Assembly (NCBI GenBank): GCA_964016885.1
Contig: OZ024741.1
Location: forward strand, 296,546,001 to 296,610,000
Direction: 5' to 3'
Source: Eledone cirrhosa
Lineage: Eukaryota
Length of the DNA stretch: 64,000 bases
Every line of letters starts with the position of its first letter. Within the stretch, counting starts at the first letter, position 1. Made by a program: the position numbers and the translations under genes. Below are positions 63,331-64,000 of this stretch, one piece after another. The notes beneath the pieces were generated by a model. The model saw only the letters and a list, made by a program, of their open reading frames with translations, did not search any database and was not told the origin of the DNA.

Positions 63331-64000
63331 ATATATATATATATATATATATACCTTCGGTTCGCTTTTCCTTCTTGTTGTTTACTTGTCTCACTCGCTT
63401 TACGCGTTTCACTTGTCCCAATAGCTTATTTTAGTTATTGCTCGCACCAACCTGAGGTATCTTATTTTTAATGCGATGAAATACCAATGATGGTTGGCAA
63501 ATCACTGATGAGGGACTAATTTTATAATATGTAATCCATGTGCAACCACGCAGTATTTTTCTCCCCTTGTTTTTCATATTCTCCGTTATGTAGAGAACAA
63601 ATCTGTTGTTCTATTTAGCTGCTATTTTTAGTGGTGAGATAGACAACACGTCTATGTTTACTTCCGCTTTTGCTACGGACTGGTTCATGTATAGGTCAAA
63701 TTTCGGCCTCTTTTGACCCTATACTAGCTAGTAGAAGGCAATATATTTTGCCGTTCCTGGGACTTTTTGCCCTAGGAAAGGAAAATGCTTTCCGAAGATC
63801 TTCTCTTTTCCATTGGAGATCCCATGGATTTCTAATGTTTTGTGAAGTGAAACTGATCAGTAAAAGCTCTGGGGTGAGTAAATATTTAAATTATATTTTT
63901 TTAAAAATTGTTTGAATTTTGCTTGTTCTGCTTAGCTCAATATTATAGTTCTGGTATGTCAAAGTAATACCATTGAACAACCCTGTTTCATAGACACCCT

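Overview
AT-rich, microsatellite- and transposon-dense eukaryotic DNA. The (TA)n/(TATG)n runs, tRNA-derived SINE families and RTE, R4/Dong, CR1 and Penelope remnants suggest an invertebrate, most likely an octopus-like cephalopod (inference, not verified). Two host genes lie head-to-head about 25 kb apart. On the minus strand is the first coding exon of an HPDL-like dioxygenase (3943-4622), whose remaining exons probably lie left of the window. On the plus strand is a complete 14-exon Misato/MSTO1 gene (29848-60641), assembled by hand to 587 aa with consistent GT-AG phases. Between them are a (TATG)n-spaced cluster of R4/Dong-type and RTE retroelement pieces, a CRE-like element tied to a 30-bp minisatellite, and a compact 4.08-kb LTR retroelement (25264-29347). 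That element has a GATTA target duplication, a -1 frameshift signal, a DIRS-like RNase H signature and a DDE integrase, and its 3' LTR sits 500 bp upstream of the Misato ATG. Three clean minimal type-I hammerhead ribozyme motifs, several MITEs with TSDs, and repeat-derived minisatellites (one amplifying a splice donor) were also seen. All calls are by eye; no database search was run.
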